The position numbers were made by a program, and so were the translations under genes. Of a stretch of DNA of 64,000 nt, positions 35,817 through 48,556 are shown piece by piece (the stretch's first letter is position 1; every line of letters begins with the position of its first letter). Source of the stretch: Elsinoe ampelina (Eukaryota); contig ML992514.1 in the NCBI GenBank assembly GCA_010093995.1, forward strand, positions 159,437-223,436, in the 5' to 3' direction. The notes beneath the pieces were generated by a model. The model made no database searches and was not told the DNA's origin. It was given only the letters and a program-made list of their open reading frames with translations.

Positions 35817-36757
35817 GTCTGCGGTAGTGGGAGGGATATCAAAAGAAGTCTGGCGTTGTGAAGGAAATGTTGTGTGAGGTTCGACAGCAAATATTCTGAC
35901 CAATCAGATTGAGGCATCAAGGGTTTAGAGTATCACAACGTGAACTTCATCCAATATCTTTCCACCTTTTAATCACAGACTGCAACACAGTGACATCGTC
36001 TGGATGAATTGCAACTATTACTCGTCACATGTTATCTGCTGCAATGTACTCTGGAGCGTGGATCTGCCCCAAAGGTTTACACCATCAGAGGTCAAACAGT
36101 TGACTCCTCTATGGATCACGACGAGTAGAAAAGTTGAGTATCTTGGACGAAGGTAAGTCTACGATGTTGTACAGTATCTCATTTCTACTGAAATCTGTCG
36201 TTGGCGACAGTCTGAGCTGCAAAATGGAAAACATAGATGTGACGACAAGCACATTACCCTCCCTCTTTCCTGACCAGGCATCAAGCATTAGTCGACGACG
36301 GGATTCGATTTGGCAGTGGGACGAGACCGACCCTATACATCACTTGACGTATGTATGAAAGAAATGATGGGCATTTCTCCAGGTCTTCGTCGTACGGTTG
36401 TCCATACCGCAAAATCTACGTGACCTATCACGTCGCGGATTTCCAGACTGCGCTTTGTAAGCTCGCCTCTCTATTTCTTACTTTGACTTCCCGCACTTCG
36501 TGATCTTCTGTTTGCGGACTGGTGTGATCTGAGAAGCGTGATCTTGTGCCCGACTTCGGAGAATACGACCGGCCATAAAATGAGCACTTCCCACGCCTGC
36601 TGCGCACTTTTTCTTCTTGGTATCGACACCACGACCAGCAGTGAGTCCCTCTGCTCCTCCCCATCTCATCATTTGTGCACCTCGCTGACTCTCCTCCCAG
36701 ACACTTCAGCAACCAAATCACCAACCAAATCACCAACAAACACGCCAAACAACAACC

Positions 36758-36814
36758 ATGGTTTACTGCTCCGAAGCATACATGGCCACACCCACCCGCA
36801 ACTGGCTCCTGTAG
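36758..36814 (+). CDS. Putative 18-aa micropeptide MVYCSEAYMATPTRNWLL
   Basis: CATAAAA at 36574, 5'UTR intron 36641-36700, C/A-rich leader, ACAACCATGG start context, mostly C-ending codons, possible second intron 36814-36985 and a T-rich trailer. Confidence 0.5.
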   Translation: MVYCSEAYMATPTRNWLL

Positions 36815-37695
36815 TACGGACCAGATTGTCAAGGCTTCACCAACAAACACGCCCTCTGCGTCGCGCAGAAACACGAAGGCATTTGCCGAACATGCGGTCC
36901 CGCCCCGCCGAAACGACATGGAACCTGGTGTCGACTCAAGTGGTTCATCATCGACCTGATCAGGAACTGATCTTTGCATCTACAGGCGTTTTGGGTTTTG
37001 TTTTTGTCTCATTTGTCTTTCTTTTGTCTTTCCTTTGTCGCCCTGCTGATTGGAGAGGCCTTCTCGTGGCGCAGGGTGTTAGTAGTCACTGACTGATCTC
37101 GACCTCATGGTCGTTGGTCGTCTTTGGACGAAGCTAGCGTCTCCAAGTAGATACTCGTCGACTGCAACGCATCTTGATTGATACTTCCATTCCATCCATT
37201 GTCTGTACTCCATGCTGCATTGTCCGTCATACCTTGTTGCTGCTGAGCACCCTTACGTCTTGACATGATTTGCTGCGTCAGGTGAACCAACTTGCAGACC
37301 CGACTCAGCTTCGCTGCCTTCTCAATTTTTCCGAGATCTTGCCATCGTGTGCTTGTCCATTCAAGAATCTGTATGAGCATGACGTTCAAGCAACAATCAA
37401 GCTGTTGCTATTCCCCCTAGCCATACTTCAGCAGTACCAACGGTGTTTTCTCCATGCTTCCTCATGGTCTCTGACACCTACCGTTCCCTCCGACCTTGAA
37501 TAATAAATCACACTTGCCTGACTGCGTCACAGCACACCGATCTCACTCGACCAGAGTATGAGACACATGGGGCACGTTCGCAACATTGACACATTTAGAA
37601 CAATCAAAGAGAGTCATCAATTCCCCTCCCCCAGAACACCACGCTACAAGCGAAAGCCCCAAGCCCAATATCATAATCTCATTTTCCCCTCCCCC

Positions 37696-40600
37696 TCACC
37701 CCCTCTGCATCCCCCTCAACTTCCTCACCAACGCCTCCTGCACCCTCTTCTCCCCCGCCCACGCCTCCCTCATCTTCTTCATCCTCACCATCGCCACAAC
37801 CGCATGCCCCGCCGCCTTGAGCGACGGTCTCTTCTCCCTCACCGCAACATCAGGCGTGATGCCCATCTCCTCCAACATCTTCAGGTCGGCTTGGTTACTG
37901 AGCCATCGTCAGCCTACCCTCACACGGACGCAAGCGACGTAAAGGAAAGTGAAGGGGAAATAAGAGATGGGAAGAGGAGAGGACGACGTACCAAGCACCA
38001 TACATCTCCACCTGCAACAGAAACCACTTCTTCACAAACACCAAGTCCCGCCTGAACCCTTCTTCCCGGGAGCACTTGGCCCTGAGGAATTGGATCTGCT
38101 TCGACAACCCCCTGAGCTCTTTCTCGTGCGTCTTCTCAAGCGCGTGCATCTCCTCCGACCCCACGGCTTCGGCTTGCGTGCGGAGTTCAGAGCGCATGCC
38201 CTTCAATCTCACCTTTAGCTCCGCCTCTCGCTTTACGCTGGCTTGGAGCTTGCGTTCCCGGTCGCGCAGCTGAGTCTGCAGTGTCTGGAGATTCGTCTCT
38301 GCGTCTTCGAGTTGAGCATGGAGGTCCATTTCGACGAAGCCGCTCTGGTCGGCCGTCTGCTTGGACTTCTTGAGGCGGTCGCGGAGCTGGAGCTCTTTGG
38401 CACGGACGGATTGGAGGAGATCGTCTTGTTCGCGGACTTGGACCCGCAGATCGTCGATTTCCCCTTTCGCGGTGCGCAGCTCGGTGCGGAGTTCTGCTTC
38501 ACGGCGGGCGTGGGTGGAGCTGCTGCCTTTGCGTTCGCCGAGTTGGAGCTCGACATCTTGGAGATGTTGGCGGGCTTCTCGGAGTTCGAGGACTTGGTTG
38601 CGGAGCTCTTTCTCTTTGGTCATGAGGGAAGTGATACGGGCGTCTCGTTCGGCGAGCTCGACGGCGTTGTCGTCGCGGTCGCCTCGGATCTGGGCGAGCT
38701 GGGCTCTGGTCTCTCCGTCTTTTCTCATGAGAGCTGCGACACGGGAGTCCTTCTCTTGCATTTGCGCTTGCAGCTCCTCAATCTCGATCTGAGCGTCGCG
38801 AAGCATGTTATGTAAGTCGAGGCGCTCACCTGAGATTGTCTGGTCCTTGAGTCGTCGGGTGTCTGACTCTAGCTCTGAGACCCGGGATTCGAGACGAGCG
38901 ACCTTTGCCTCGGACTCGGCGAGTTTTGATCGAAGCTCGGTCCTTTCTCGAGCAGGTGTGGCCGCAGTCGTCTGACTCTTCCATGCTCGGTCAAGCTCAG
39001 ATTCTAGGAGGTTGACTTGCTGCTTGTAGTCGTCAGCCTGCTTTTCAACCACTCGCAAGCGCAGTCGCAATTCGTTTCGCTCCCTGACGGGCGTGCCGTT
39101 CTCGGATCTTGATTGAGATGTGAGCAAGTCCTTCTGCAGATTGGCGACCATCTTCTCGAGGGAGAGCTTCTCGTTCTGTGCTTCTTCCAGACTGGTCTCC
39201 AGCAAGACAATCTCGTCGTCCATGGCCTCTTTGTCGGCTTTCGCTACTTCAAGCTCGGTCTGTAGAGCCTTCAGTTGCGCGTCGCCCTTTGTCGGACTGG
39301 CGGCCACCTTTGCCATTCTCGACTTGTATGACTCCAGCTCTCCCTCCACGGTAGCCAGTTGTCTCTCCAGCTCTTCTAGCTCCGCCTCCTTCTCATCCAC
39401 AACGGACCTCATCTTCTCCTCCAACTCCTTGACCTTGGCGGCTTGCTCGTTGATGAGGCGATCCTTCTTCGTCGGTGATCCACCCGCGATCAGCCGCTCC
39501 TGCAATCTGCCGACTTCGCCTCTCGCCTCCTCCAATTCCTTCCTTACCTTCTGGATCTCTGCATTCTTTTTATCAATGTGGAAATCCAGCTCGCTGTTGG
39601 CGGTCCTCAACTTCTCCTGCAACTCATAGATTTGCACGTTCTTGGCCACGCTCTGCTTCTCCACTTGTGCTGCTCCCTCCTTCTTCTCCGCCTCCCATTT
39701 CTCCAATCTCTGCCGCAGATCCTGTACAGCATCCTCTTTCTCGTCCACCAATCGTGCCTTCTCCCTCAATTGGGCATCGCGTTCTTGAATGATGCTGTCC
39801 TTCTCCTGCAGTCTCGCGTCTGTCTGCTGAGCTTCAGCATCCCAGCTGCCACGAGCAGTCTGTAGTCTTTCGGTCAGCGCTGCAATCTCCCCATCCTTGT
39901 CCTCTAGCAGCCGATCCTTGTCGCGGATCTCTGCTGCCTTTGCCTGGACTTCTGAAGCGGCGCGACTTTCTGCTGTTTGCAATCGCTTTTGTAGTCCACG
40001 TAGCTCCTCGTGCTTCTCGTCGATGACCTCGTTCTTCTCCCGTAACTCGGCTTCGAGCATATCCACATCACCCCTGAGTTTCTTGGTGGATTTCTCACGG
40101 TCCAGAGTCGAACGCATTTGCGATTTGATCGAAGCAATTTCTTCGTCGCGAGAAGACAGGGCGGCGTCCTTCTCCTCGAGCTCGGCCTCGAGACTGGCAA
40201 TGTCCGATTGCAGGGCGGCAATGTCTTCTTCCTGAGTCGACGTCGACTTGAGCTTCTCCTGTAGCGACTCTAGCTCCTCGTCTTTGGCATCGAGCTCCTG
40301 ATCTTTTGCACGCAGCTCCTGTTCGAGATCCGCAATATCATCACGCAGGTCCTGCACCTTCTCCCCGCCACCTTGCTCAGCAAGATCCAGGCGCTTTCGC
40401 AGTTCGTCCATCTCCTCTTCACGCTGGTCTGCAAGTGCTTGATTATCCTCTGCCAGCTTACGAAGCCGCTCCATCTCCTCTTTCATGATCTCGTCTGTGT
40501 GCCGGCGCTTGACCTTCTCGGCGTACTCGCGCAGCTGCAGGCGGTACTCTTCAAGCTCCTTCTCGGCGCGTACGAGAGCCTTTTGCTGCTGTTTGAGCTC

Positions 40601-41401
40601 GTAGGTCATGGTAGTCTTGTCCATCTTGAGTTCGGTATTCTCTTTGATCATGCCTTGTTGATACTCGGTTCCGGATCGCTTGAGCGCCTCGTCCAGGAAG
40701 TGGATTTTGAGCTTGAGGTTGAAGTTCTCCTTGTCGAGTTTGGCAAGTTTCTAGCACAGTCAATAGCTTGAAAGACAACACAGATGGAGCAAACGTACGG
40801 CTTCTTGCTCGCGGAGAGTCAAGACATTACCCTGATCTGCGCGGCCCTCATTCGCTTTCGACGGAATTGCAGGAATGGGCGTGCTCATCAGTGTGCTGCT
40901 CGAGATGGCAGGGACCGGGCCGGGTGTCTTTCCTCCTGTCAGAGAGCTTCGTGACAAGTCCATCATACTGCTGTCTACAGGCAATCCCGGTGTCCGTCCA
41001 GTTTCCTTGTATCCAGTCTTGAGGTATGCAGGTGTCTGTGGTGCGCCATTGACTGATTGGGCGAGCATGCTGTTGACAAGCTCGTCGGCTATATTCTCTT
41101 TGCCGCCCGTCTTTCGTGGACTACGCGTGCTGGGCCGGAATTTGTTCGCTGCCGCACTCTTTAGAAGAGGTGTAAACTCATTCTTGCTGCCGGCTCGAAG
41201 ACTCGCGAGGGCGCTTCGAGCTCGAGGTGTCTTGAGTGCTTGGCCGCCATGACGCGTTCGCATCTGTCCCATGAGGTTGTTGTTCGGATCCTTTGACGGC
41301 GATGGGTACCCTTGTACCTCGCTGAAAGATATGTTGCCGGCGGTGAGGTGGGTGCGCTCGCCCGCCTCGGTGCGAGGAGTATCGATGTAATTGTACGCCA
41401 T
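37696..41401 (-). CDS. PCP1: Spindle pole body protein Pcp1/Spc110 (pericentrin-like)
   Basis: N-terminal LTLREQEA..LDKENFNLKLKIHFL (CM1 motif), long coiled coil and C-terminal PACT region KQIQFLRAKCSREEGFRRDL..VAMVRMKKM. Introns 40751-40798 and 37898-37991. Confidence 0.9.
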
Positions 41402-42024
41402 GGCTGAGTAGGGCGTGAACTGGTCCAGAGATATGTTAGTATGGCCTTGCCAGGCCTGTCTGTCAATCGAAGCTCATGCGAAACAATAATTTCTGACAAC
41501 CTTGAATCTTCAATCTTGAATCTTCAATGTCGCGAAGTCGATGTTTGGCTTTGTCAACAATGCTCCCAATGGGGTTAGCGTGGATGTGGACAGCACAAGC
41601 TTTCTTTTTTCTTTGGCTGCAGCACTCTCTCTCCAGTCTAATCGTCGCTCTCTGCCCTATCTTCTCTTCTCTGCATCCTCAACATCAGCCATAGTTTCAT
41701 GCTTACGTTCGGCATTGAAAGATTGTGTCTTCTCTGGACATCGGGCTCCCCAGATTTCCACTTACCTTTGATCTCGCCATACGATCTTGTCCCTCGTCTT
41801 CCCCAGACCCCGGAAACGATCTACCGGAAGAATCGGCAGAAACCCCTCTGAAGAAGCTGCGGACATGCTCCAAATGATGGCGCTTCTCCTCAAATCTTGC
41901 GTGAAGCCGACGGAGAAACCAGTGACCACTATATGAATTCTTCCGTGACTTGTAGACAGTATATAATGCTAAGTTACGCCCTTGGCGAAGGTGAGCTACC
42001 GCTTTTCAACTTGACGGATCTACA

Positions 42025-43683
42025 ATGCTTACAAGCAGTCTTCTCACCTCGGCTTTGCTCATAGCAGCAGCACAAGGTCAAGCGCCCACGGTACAGATCA
42101 AGAATGGTACGATTCAGGGTCGCTTTTCGGAGCCGTGGAATCAGGAGCAGTATCTAGGTATTCCATACGCTCAGCCACCCCTAGGCAGTCTGCGCTTCAG
42201 ACACCCACAACCAATCAATACCAGCTTCGATCGAGTTCTTGATGCGACCAAGTATGGATTCAGCTGCTACCAATTTGGATCGAATTTCAATCTGAGTGAG
42301 GACTGTCTGACCTTGAACGTGGTCCGACCAGCAGGATATGAGAACCAGACTCTACCAGTTCTTGTCTGGATCTACGGCGGTGGCTTGACTGTTGGGAGCA
42401 CTGCAGATCAGCAGTACAATATTTCGGGAATTGTCAACACATCTACTACCACCAGTAATCCATTCATTGGGGTGTCCATCAATTATCGACTTGGTGTCTG
42501 GGGCTTTCTGGCCGCGCCAACTGTGCTCGCCGAAGGTAATTCAAATGCAGGACTTCTAGATCAGCGTCTCGCGCTTCAGTGGGTTCAAGAGAATATTGGT
42601 GCTTTCGGAGGCGACCCAGCACGTGTCACTATCTGGGGCGAGTCTGCCGGTGCGCAGAGCATCGGATTGCACCTCCACTCGTTTGGCGGACGAGACGACA
42701 AACTGTACAGTGCTGCTATCCTCGAGTCGGGTGGACCCGTGGGGACAAATCTCAGCCCATTGCCGTTCTACAATGTGGCTTATGAGAACTTGACCAGGAC
42801 GGTAGGCTGTCCTACCACGTGGACCTCACAAGCGTCTCTAGACTGTCTCCGAAGCCTCACTTCCGAGCAGCTGTTCAACTCCCGCTACACAGTCGTGTGG
42901 AACCCGATCGTCGATGGCGAATTCTTGACCGATTATCCAAGCAATCTCGGACGTGCGGGGCAATTCGTCAAGGTCCCCATCCTGACAGGTGCCAATACAG
43001 ACGAAGGCATCAGTTTCAATATCCGTGGCATCACCACCGACCAACAACTGTTCGGTAACCTCACATTCTGGAGAAATTATGCTCTCACGCCTCCAACTAT
43101 TCGCAGAATTCTGGAGCTCTACCCCAATATCCCTTCCATTGGTGTCCCTTACCGAGATACCACCAACACGACTTTTCCGAACCTTGGACTGCAATACCGA
43201 CGTAGTGCCTCTATCGGTGGAGACATTGTCATCATCGCCCAGAGCCGCAAGACAGCGGAGCAATTCGTCAACAATTCGGTTACCGACGTCTACAGATATC
43301 GCTTTGACGTGCCTCTGTGGAACGCGACATCCCCTATTGGATCGAAGCATTTTGACAATGTCGTCTTCAGCTTCCAGAATATCTCTGGTGCACTCGGTCC
43401 ACTCCCCAAATATCAAAGCTACAAGGATCTGAGCCTCAGCATCGGCAAAGCCTACGCCAATTTTGTTGGGACTTACAGTCCGAACGGTCGAGCTGTTGGA
43501 GGTGGAGGCTACGGTAATGCCACATCGACAAATTCGACAGGACTGCCTGAATGGCCTGCGTTCACCATTGAGGATCCGAGAGACATGGTGCTCAACTCAA
43601 ATGGCAGCTTCGTGGAGCCAGATACATTCAGGAAGGAGGGAATAGCTTTCATCAATAGTATCAGCCGCGAGCTACTCGCATAG
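42025..43683 (+). CDS. Secreted type-B carboxylesterase/lipase
   Basis: Signal peptide, YLGIPYAQPP, SEDCLTLNV, WIYGGG, FGGDPARVTIWGESAG and many N-glycosylation sequons. Intronless, with a TATA-like TATATAA near 41960. Confidence 0.93.
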   Translation: MLTSSLLTSALLIAAAQGQAPTVQIKNGTIQGRFSEPWNQEQYLGIPYAQPPLGSLRFRHPQPINTSFDRVLDATKYGFSCYQFGSNFNLSEDCLTLNVVRPAGYENQTLPVLVWIYGGGLTVGSTADQQYNISGIVNTSTTTSNPFIGVSINYRLGVWGFLAAPTVLAEGNSNAGLLDQRLALQWVQENIGAFGGDPARVTIWGESAGAQSIGLHLHSFGGRDDKLYSAAILESGGPVGTNLSPLPFYNVAYENLTRTVGCPTTWTSQASLDCLRSLTSEQLFNSRYTVVWNPIVDGEFLTDYPSNLGRAGQFVKVPILTGANTDEGISFNIRGITTDQQLFGNLTFWRNYALTPPTIRRILELYPNIPSIGVPYRDTTNTTFPNLGLQYRRSASIGGDIVIIAQSRKTAEQFVNNSVTDVYRYRFDVPLWNATSPIGSKHFDNVVFSFQNISGALGPLPKYQSYKDLSLSIGKAYANFVGTYSPNGRAVGGGGYGNATSTNSTGLPEWPAFTIEDPRDMVLNSNGSFVEPDTFRKEGIAFINSISRELLA

Positions 43684-43820
43684 ATAGATAAATGAATACA
43701 GTTCTCTCCTGTCGTTTTGTAGATGGATTATGCCATGAACTTGTCTGCCAAGCTTTGATATTTAACATGCAACACTTCGACCCGCAGCCACGCCCACCAA
43801 CATCATCACACGTGCGTGCT

Positions 43821-45669
43821 ATGAAACGAGCCACATGTCCATGGCTCGGTCAGACAGCTCGAAAGACATGCCATCGCGCAATCTCGACAACTCAGGTTCG
43901 GCTTGACGATGATGGCCCTCGCCGCCGTCCCGGCAAGGAAGACAACACTGTCTGGAGCGGCGAGACCTTTAAGGACATATTCGACAGTTTTGACCCGGGA
44001 AATGCGTCCAAGAAGTCATCATTAGAGGATTTGCGAGAAACTGCAGCGGCAAGGGACGAATCTGGCCATGCTCAAAAACTACCCCCGCGAGGTAGACAGT
44101 CCCCGCCTCGCGTTCGAATATCAAGATCCCGACAAGTACCGGTAGTGCGACAGTCTGAGGAACGAAACCCACACGATGTATTTCTCGACAATTCTCAGCC
44201 TTCCGAAGATGAAAGGCGTACAGTCAGAGCAAGAATCTCCGGCGACAAGGCACTACCTTTGCCACCCTTCATGGACCCAAGAGTGCAAGAAGCAAGGAAC
44301 AAGCACCGAGAGCTTAAGCCCCTTCAGAGCAAGGACGATTTGACGCCTCTCCAGAGGGACATTGCCAATAATCCATACGGTAAGCTGCTCTCATTTGATC
44401 TCCAGTGATCAAGTCTAAGACTCTCCAGCTGCCATCTTCCTCACACACATGCGTCAAGACACCCTAACCAACCTCATCCTACCACGCTTCTTCCTCCAAT
44501 CCTTCTCCACCGTCTTCCCTCCTCCCAAGGACACACCAACGGGATCCACCCGACAATCTCCACCCATCCCTGCACCACCAACAGACCCCTTCCCCTCACT
44601 CCCAACAGAGCACCCTTCTCTCTTCCCCTCTTCCCCTTCCCTCCTCCCCCCTGACCCTTCCTCCTCCCCTTCCTCCCCCCCTTCCTCCTCCCCTCCCTCT
44701 CCCTCCTCTCCCCCTCCCTCTCCCTCCTCCCCCCCTCCCCCCCCTCCAGCAGCACCAACCCCCAAACCCACCCTCCACCCCACGCTCCTCTCCTCCCGCT
44801 CCTCCGGCCCAAAATCCTACACCCACCTCCCCCTCCTCTCCCTCCTCTCCCTCCACGAGTCCAAACGCTGGAAAAACCTCCCCAACCAAGCCATGGAGCG
44901 CCACTTCAACCTCCACCGGCACCACTGGGGCTTCAGCGTCAAAGAAGCGCGGTTCCACTCGGAACGCCTCGCGAGGGAGGAAGCGAGACGGACGCTCGGG
45001 GGCGCCGGGTGGGGGGGGAATCTCGCGCGCGTCACGGTGGAGGAAGCGAGGGCGGTTTGGGATGGTGCTGGGCTGGGGGGGTCGGGACGAGGGGAGGGGG
45101 GGCAAGGAGTCGAGGGGGGGAAGGCGCTGGTCATTTTCGCTCCGCCTCCGGAGGGTGTGGGGACGCGGGCGTGGATCGATGCGTTGGCTGCGACGGTGCG
45201 GGGCGGGGTGGACAGGGAGTGGATCTTTTTTCTGCCGGCGCTTATGGGGCTGGAGAGGGGAGCGGGGAAGAGGATGGAGAGGTTCAAGTCGGGGGTGGAG
45301 AGGAAGATGGAGAGTGATGTGCGGGATCGTCGTGTTTCCTACGCTAAAGAGGATGGTGAGAGCCAGGATGGTGTGCAGCGGGAAGGGGATTGGACGGGGG
45401 ACGTAGCTGGGGATACGGCATGGGAGGGCCGAGGAGTGGCACCGAGATCGGACACGGAGGGGTTGCTGGGTGTGGTGTTCAAGGTGCAAGGGAAGACGAT
45501 GGAGTCGTTGCTTTTTTTGATGAGGCTGGAGATGCTCTATGCTGAAGGGGCAAAGTGGGATGTGCAGGAGAAGGAGCAGATATGGAGGCGCTGGGAGGAG
45601 GAGGGGAGACAGCATTTTCACAAAGAGGGCAGGAAGGAGTCGAGGCCTCGAGTCAATCAGCGAATGTGA
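43821..45669 (+). CDS. Conserved fungal hypothetical protein, likely mitochondrial (Rrg8-like NNPY..MR..LPR motif)
   Basis: Arg-rich presequence-like N-terminus. Intron 44380-44428 joins NNPYAAIFLTHMRQDTLTNLILPRFFLQSF. The family assignment is from memory of the motif only. Confidence 0.6.
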
Positions 45670-45828
45670 CGTCGGCTTGTGAAGACAAGACCATGACATG
45701 GTAGTAAACGTCGATATCTCTGTTCATGAACTGTCCAAAATCCTGTCTAGTCCTACATACACATTGAAAGTAGAAATTTTCGGGCTTGGTGGTGGTATGC
45801 GTTGATGAAACGGAATAGTAGTCGGTCA

Positions 45829-45862
45829 TGTGTGTGTGTGTGTGTGGTGTGGTGTGTGGTGT
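45829..45862 (+). repeat. (GT)n/(GGTGT)n microsatellite
   Basis: TGTGTGTGTGTGTGTGTGGTGTGGTGTGTGGTGT, between convergent genes. Confidence 0.9.
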
Positions 45863-46195
45863 TGTCAAGTACTTTCACGAATTCCTGCCCGTCTCTGACC
45901 GCGCGTGTGGAACCCGACCTTGGTCTGGTCCCGGGAACAGTGATTCTCCTATCCTGCTAACCTTCAGACTCCTGTACTCAGCCCCTCCTTCCCTACTCTT
46001 GCATTTCTTCCCTGACACATCGTTCGTGCCGCATCCCCTCCCAGTCTATCCAGGCGTCAATCAAAGTGGCGCCGTCATATAATGTAGAATCAAAATGGTG
46101 AACAAGAAGAGTATGGAAGGCTGGCAACGCAAATTTGTGTGTTGGTATCGTCAAGGTCATGTAGCATGTGCGTATCAAGTCGATGAACGCAACGA

Positions 46196-47158
46196 CTAGT
46201 TGTATCGACCATCAGGGTTGGTCACCTGAGAGCTGGTCAGTATTGGTCATAAATTTGTATTTGCCGAGGGAACGTACCTTGAGAATCCTCCTCGAGTAGT
46301 CCTCGTTGTCTGCAATACTTCCATCGCTCAACCGTCGGTGAGCCATGGCCTCAGCGTCGAATCGAGAGTCCGGACCCGAAGGCTTCCTGGATGGAATGGT
46401 GCTCTTGCTGCTACTGCCAGCCATGAAGTCGGCGACTTGGTGCTGCTTGTATTCTTCCTCGGCCTGTTGTTGTCTTCGGCGCCGAAGGAAGAAAAACGCA
46501 CCTAGTGCCAGGCCGAGTGCAACCACAACACCGACGACTACACCTGCGACAATAGGAGTCGTGTTGGTCTTGCCAGCGTTGGGGTCGGCAGAAGGGCTGG
46601 CCTCAGCATTGGCGCTTTGTGTAACCACCACAGTCCGTCCAGGAGCGATGCTGGTGATGACTGAGGGCGCGCTGTTGACGGTACTGCTCGGTGCTGTCTT
46701 GCCGCTGCCTGTTGTAGTACCACCACCAACGGCAGACACGTTGTCTTCGGTACCAGTGAGGTAGACTGAGTAGAAGCCGGAGCCACCGCCTACGACATTA
46801 TTAGTACATTGCAGCCATCATGGACGATTCTGCTTCACTTACACATGTGTTGACCGTATCCAGTGCATGGAGAATTGCAGCTCGAGTCATCGACCTTGTC
46901 GTTGTTGTTCGGTGTTTGTGAACCGCACAGGCAGGTGTCTCCATTCGTGAGACCAAGGACTGCTTGCTTTCCGTTGTCGACGCAGATGCCCTGGCAGTGA
47001 CCATCACTTTGGAATTGATATGTGTCGCCATCCCCAAGTGTTCCCTTGTTCTTGAAGCATCCAACGTATGTGAGGGCGTTCAGTTGTGCCATGGCAGGTG
47101 TCGCGAGGAGTGCAAGCGCCGTAGCGACATGCACGAGGGATGGTTTCGATGCAATCAT
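46196..47158 (-). CDS. WSC1: WSC-domain cell wall integrity sensor (Wsc1/Slg1-like)
   Basis: Signal peptide, WSC cysteines (YVGCF..CQGIC..CLCG..CNSPCTGY..CGG), Ser/Thr stalk, TM helix followed by RRRR, and tail DNEDYSRRILKVTNPD. Introns 46790-46842 and 46226-46277, plus a probable 5'UTR intron 47201-47268. Confidence 0.88.
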
Positions 47159-47808
47159 TTTGGATGTGAGGGCGGGAGACCGGTTTTGATCAAATCGTTA
47201 CTGTTGACGGTCAGCAGGTGGCCAAAGTATTTCCACATCAAGGCTTTGATCATGACCGTTGAACCTACCCAAAAGTGCTTCGGCTAAACAGGTGATTAAA
47301 TGTCGAGACTGACCAGCAGTCGCGAAGATGTGATTATAGCCTCGAGGATATCTCGAGGCCGGGTAAAGTGATTGTAAGTGATGACAAGGTCGATGAAGTG
47401 TCTTGTCTCGCTCTTGTATTTGGGTCTCCTGGGAGAGGCCGATTGCAAACCGTTCGGCTTCGGACGGTGGAGTGGAAGTGAGTCGCAGAGTCACTGGTCG
47501 AAGAGGCGAGAAGAAAGAGGAGATCTGGACAATGTTTCACCCCGAAAAGACCAGAGTTTGGTGTTTGTGTGAGGCTCAAAGAGTGCAGTGCCGTAGCTGA
47601 TTAGGTGGAAACCGAAGAGCACAAGGGGTGTCTCTTTGGCTGTTGTTTTGGACCGTTGTCGATGGTAAAATCCAGCTGAGAGCGAATGTCGTGTCGTGAA
47701 AAAGACCGTGATGGTAGGGGATGTCGATGATGACCAGACTGGCGAAAGAGAGTCGAATGTCGAGAGGACGGGAATGTTGTGTGGGCGAGGGTCGAGAAAG
47801 AGACGGCC

Positions 47809-47852
47809 GGGCGTGAGGTGAGGGCGTGAGGGCGTGAGGGCGTGAGGGCTGA
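47809..47852 (+). repeat. Tandem 8-mer (GGGCGTGA) x4 upstream of the WSC gene
   Basis: Copies at 47809, 47822, 47830 and 47838. Confidence 0.85.
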
Positions 47853-48556
47853 AAGGCAGAGAGGCAGAGACAGGGAGCGCCGAAACACCCGACGGCCGCC
47901 AGACAGAGCCAGACAACAGCGCCAGACGCAGCGTGCGACCGGAGCCAAGTGCTGAAATGAGCGGCCAATACCGATTAGGACTAGTGCCGTGCTACTCTGT
48001 GGTGCGGGCTGCCGCACGCGAGTCAAGAGAGTGTGTGTGCTCGACTTTTCAAGGATTTGTCTCCTCAACAATTGATGATGATATATTCTACAGTATTCAA
48101 GAAAAGAGAACATGGACTGTTATTCTACTCTTGAAGTAATACTGCTATCAATATCGACGTTTCGACACTCGTCTCCATCATCCACGATGCGACCAGTCTT
48201 TGTCGATCCGTCCAGTCTCGCTGGTCTCGCTCGCCAAAATGCAAAACAGGAACGGGCAATCGCGATGGGGCCCTGCAAACTCTAATTGGCCGACTCCGTC
48301 TTTCCTTCACTTCATTCGTTTTGCTCCACATATCATGGTTCGCCATATTGACAGGAGCCCTACCCTCGTTCGTGCACATCCACGCTGATCCGAGTACGAG
48401 AGCAGCACGATAAACCAGTGCCAGTGACACGCGGATGCTTGGCTCAATCCAATCCTGCCTGAGCCATTGCTTGCTGGTTACGGTAGGGTAGTTTTCATCC
48501 ATGTCCACACTTCGCTTTTTTTGGAGTGCTCGCTCCCCTTGCTTCCATCTTCTAAC

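Noticed and set aside
36940..36960. GTTCATCATCGAC-CTGA resembling a guide to 5.8S rRNA UCGAUGAAGAAC
   Set aside because: Contains an internal mismatch and has no upstream C box in the intron.
37105..37389. 94-aa minus-strand ORF downstream of PCP1
   Set aside because: Non-ATG start in the ORF track, no motif and no clear splice context.
41501..41528. 14-bp tandem duplication CTTGAATCTTCAAT x2
   Set aside because: A simple slippage-type duplication in a promoter or leader, with no further support.
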